Virus record (IMG/VR): IMGVR_UViG_3300048854_000273
Location: 43,413 to 107,412 of that record
DNA from: a virus
Lineage: Duplodnaviria; Heunggongvirae; Uroviricota; Caudoviricetes
Length of the DNA stretch: 64,000 bases
Strand: one strand, 5' to 3'
Under the pieces are notes generated by a model. It was not told the DNA's origin. It made no database searches and saw only the letters and a list, made by a program, of their open reading frames with translations. Shown here piece after piece: positions 63,348 to 64,000 of this stretch; within the stretch, counting starts at the first letter, position 1, and each line of letters starts with the position of its first letter. The position numbers and the translations under genes were made by a program.

Positions 63348-63575
63348 CTAAGAGAGCATTGCCGCAGTGATGATTACCGCTCCTCCACCGTCAGTGTTGA
63401 CCATCATCAACACCCCGAGAACAGGGTGAATCACTTTACTGATTGATGCTGAGCCCAGATCGATCGCGCCGACCGTCTCGCCTTCGCCGAGGACTTCTGA
63501 AAAGCGATCCAAGTCGACCATCTCACCGAATGCATGTTGTTTTGCACTATTGGCCATAGAACCCACCGTCACCAT
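63348..63575 (-). CDS. small hypothetical protein
   Basis: ORF, weak. Confidence 0.3.
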   Translation of the reverse strand: MVTVGSMANSAKQHAFGEMVDLDRFSEVLGEGETVGAIDLGSASISKVIHPVLGVLMMVNTDGGGAVIITAAMLS

Positions 63576-63626
63576 CTGATTCTCCAGAAACGTCGAACAC
63601 GTTATGTTGTCTTACGCACACATTAT

Positions 63627-63640
63627 AGTCAGTGTTGACT
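63627..63640 (+). promoter_or_regulatory. motif AGTCAGTGTTGACT
   Basis: read directly. Confidence 0.5.
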
Positions 63641-63728
63641 ATCGAAAGCAAATAGCCGAAACCGCTAGACGTCCCGCACCCGGTCGGGCGAGAGTCCTTT
63701 GCCTGCGGCGTAGCTCTTCAAACCATAT

Positions 63729-63742
63729 TGTCAAAATTGACT
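63729..63742 (-). promoter_or_regulatory. motif reverse-orientation variant TGTCAAAATTGACT
   Basis: read directly. Confidence 0.45.
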
Positions 63743-63774
63743 GTTACCCAAGTAATTGGTAGTCTGCGCGTGAC

Positions 63775-63788
63775 AGTCAAGTTTTACT
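63775..63788 (+). promoter_or_regulatory. motif variant AGTCAAGTTTTACT
   Basis: read directly; 75 nt upstream of the (+) gene ATG. Confidence 0.4.
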
Positions 63789-63793
63789 GATTG

Positions 63794-63838
63794 GCGTCTA
63801 TAATCGACGCAAGAAATCAATTGCGGGACGTCCCGCAA
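63794..63838 (+). promoter_or_regulatory. inverted repeat GCGTC-TATAAT-c-GACGC (63794-63810) and 18-bp perfect palindrome TTGCGGGACGTCCCGCAA (63821-63838) upstream of the (+) gene
   Basis: TATAAT at 63799-63804; half-repeat GACGTCCCGCA also at 63668-63678. Confidence 0.5.
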
Positions 63839-63862
63839 GACCCAAACAAGGAGGTTTATAAA

Positions 63863-64000
63863 ATGGTAAAGAAAGATACCGCCATGTCGGTGGCAGACTA
63901 CTTCTCGAATCAGGTCGCAGCCAATCAGAAAACTCTTGCCGGCCTAAGCAATGACATCGGTGGCGCACTCCGACCCAATGTTCTGTCGATGATCTCCAAC
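63863..64000 (+). CDS. partial CDS running off window end (MVKKDTAMSVADYFSNQVAANQ...)
   Basis: strong RBS AAGGAGG 8 nt upstream. Confidence 0.5.
   Translation, partial: MVKKDTAMSVADYFSNQVAANQKTLAGLSNDIGGALRPNVLSMISN

Overview
This 64-kb window looks like part of a large high-GC (~60%) virulent-phage-like genome, inferred from gene content and not checked against any database. Most genes sit in tight minus-strand operons with ATGA/overlapping start-stop junctions. No structural or packaging genes were recognised. No tRNA, rRNA or CRISPR array was seen.

A T4-like replication/recombination/nucleotide-metabolism module can be supported from the sequence:
- class I ribonucleotide reductase NrdA/NrdB, ThyX, thioredoxin, a MazG-like NTP pyrophosphatase and a P-loop kinase;
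- a gp32-like SSB with an H/C3 zinc motif and acidic tail, a RecA/UvsX-like recombinase, SbcC/SbcD (gp46/gp47-like), a FEN/RNase H 5'-nuclease, a UvsW-like SF2 helicase and a RuvC-like resolvase;
- a bacterial-type DnaE polymerase with a separate DnaQ-like exonuclease;
- a CobS/CobT-like AAA+/VWA pair and a phage-encoded sigma-70-family factor with a possible zinc anti-sigma partner;
- a SleB-like cell-wall hydrolase, an SPFH lipoprotein, two ParB-nuclease-domain proteins, a free-standing HNH/NUMOD4 endonuclease, a mazEF module, and several low-GC secreted 'moron' paralogs.

The most striking non-genic signal is a conserved 14-bp palindrome, AGTCAGTTTTGACT (half-sites AGTCA/TGACT, 4-bp spacer, often extended to 6-13 bp arms). 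I counted about 32 copies, almost all intergenic, with the same strand polarity. They usually lie 10-70 bp upstream of the first start codon of a gene block and are sometimes followed by a hairpin. In one case the motif is the entire intercistronic spacer (upstream gene's stop codon to sbcD's RBS).

Other notable features:
- a canonical parS site;
- iteron-like arrays (GGATGAGGA x3 at exact 29-bp spacing, CGGCCTAGG clusters, GTGTCGGC..CTCCCGTT x4);
- two paired hairpin plus 18-mer elements after stop codons;
- a sigma70-like promoter carrying a perfect ATTTGCATGCAAAT operator;
- an 18-bp perfect palindrome in front of the last (+) gene;
- recurrent C-terminal G[STA]W / WGxF tails on at least 11 unrelated small proteins.
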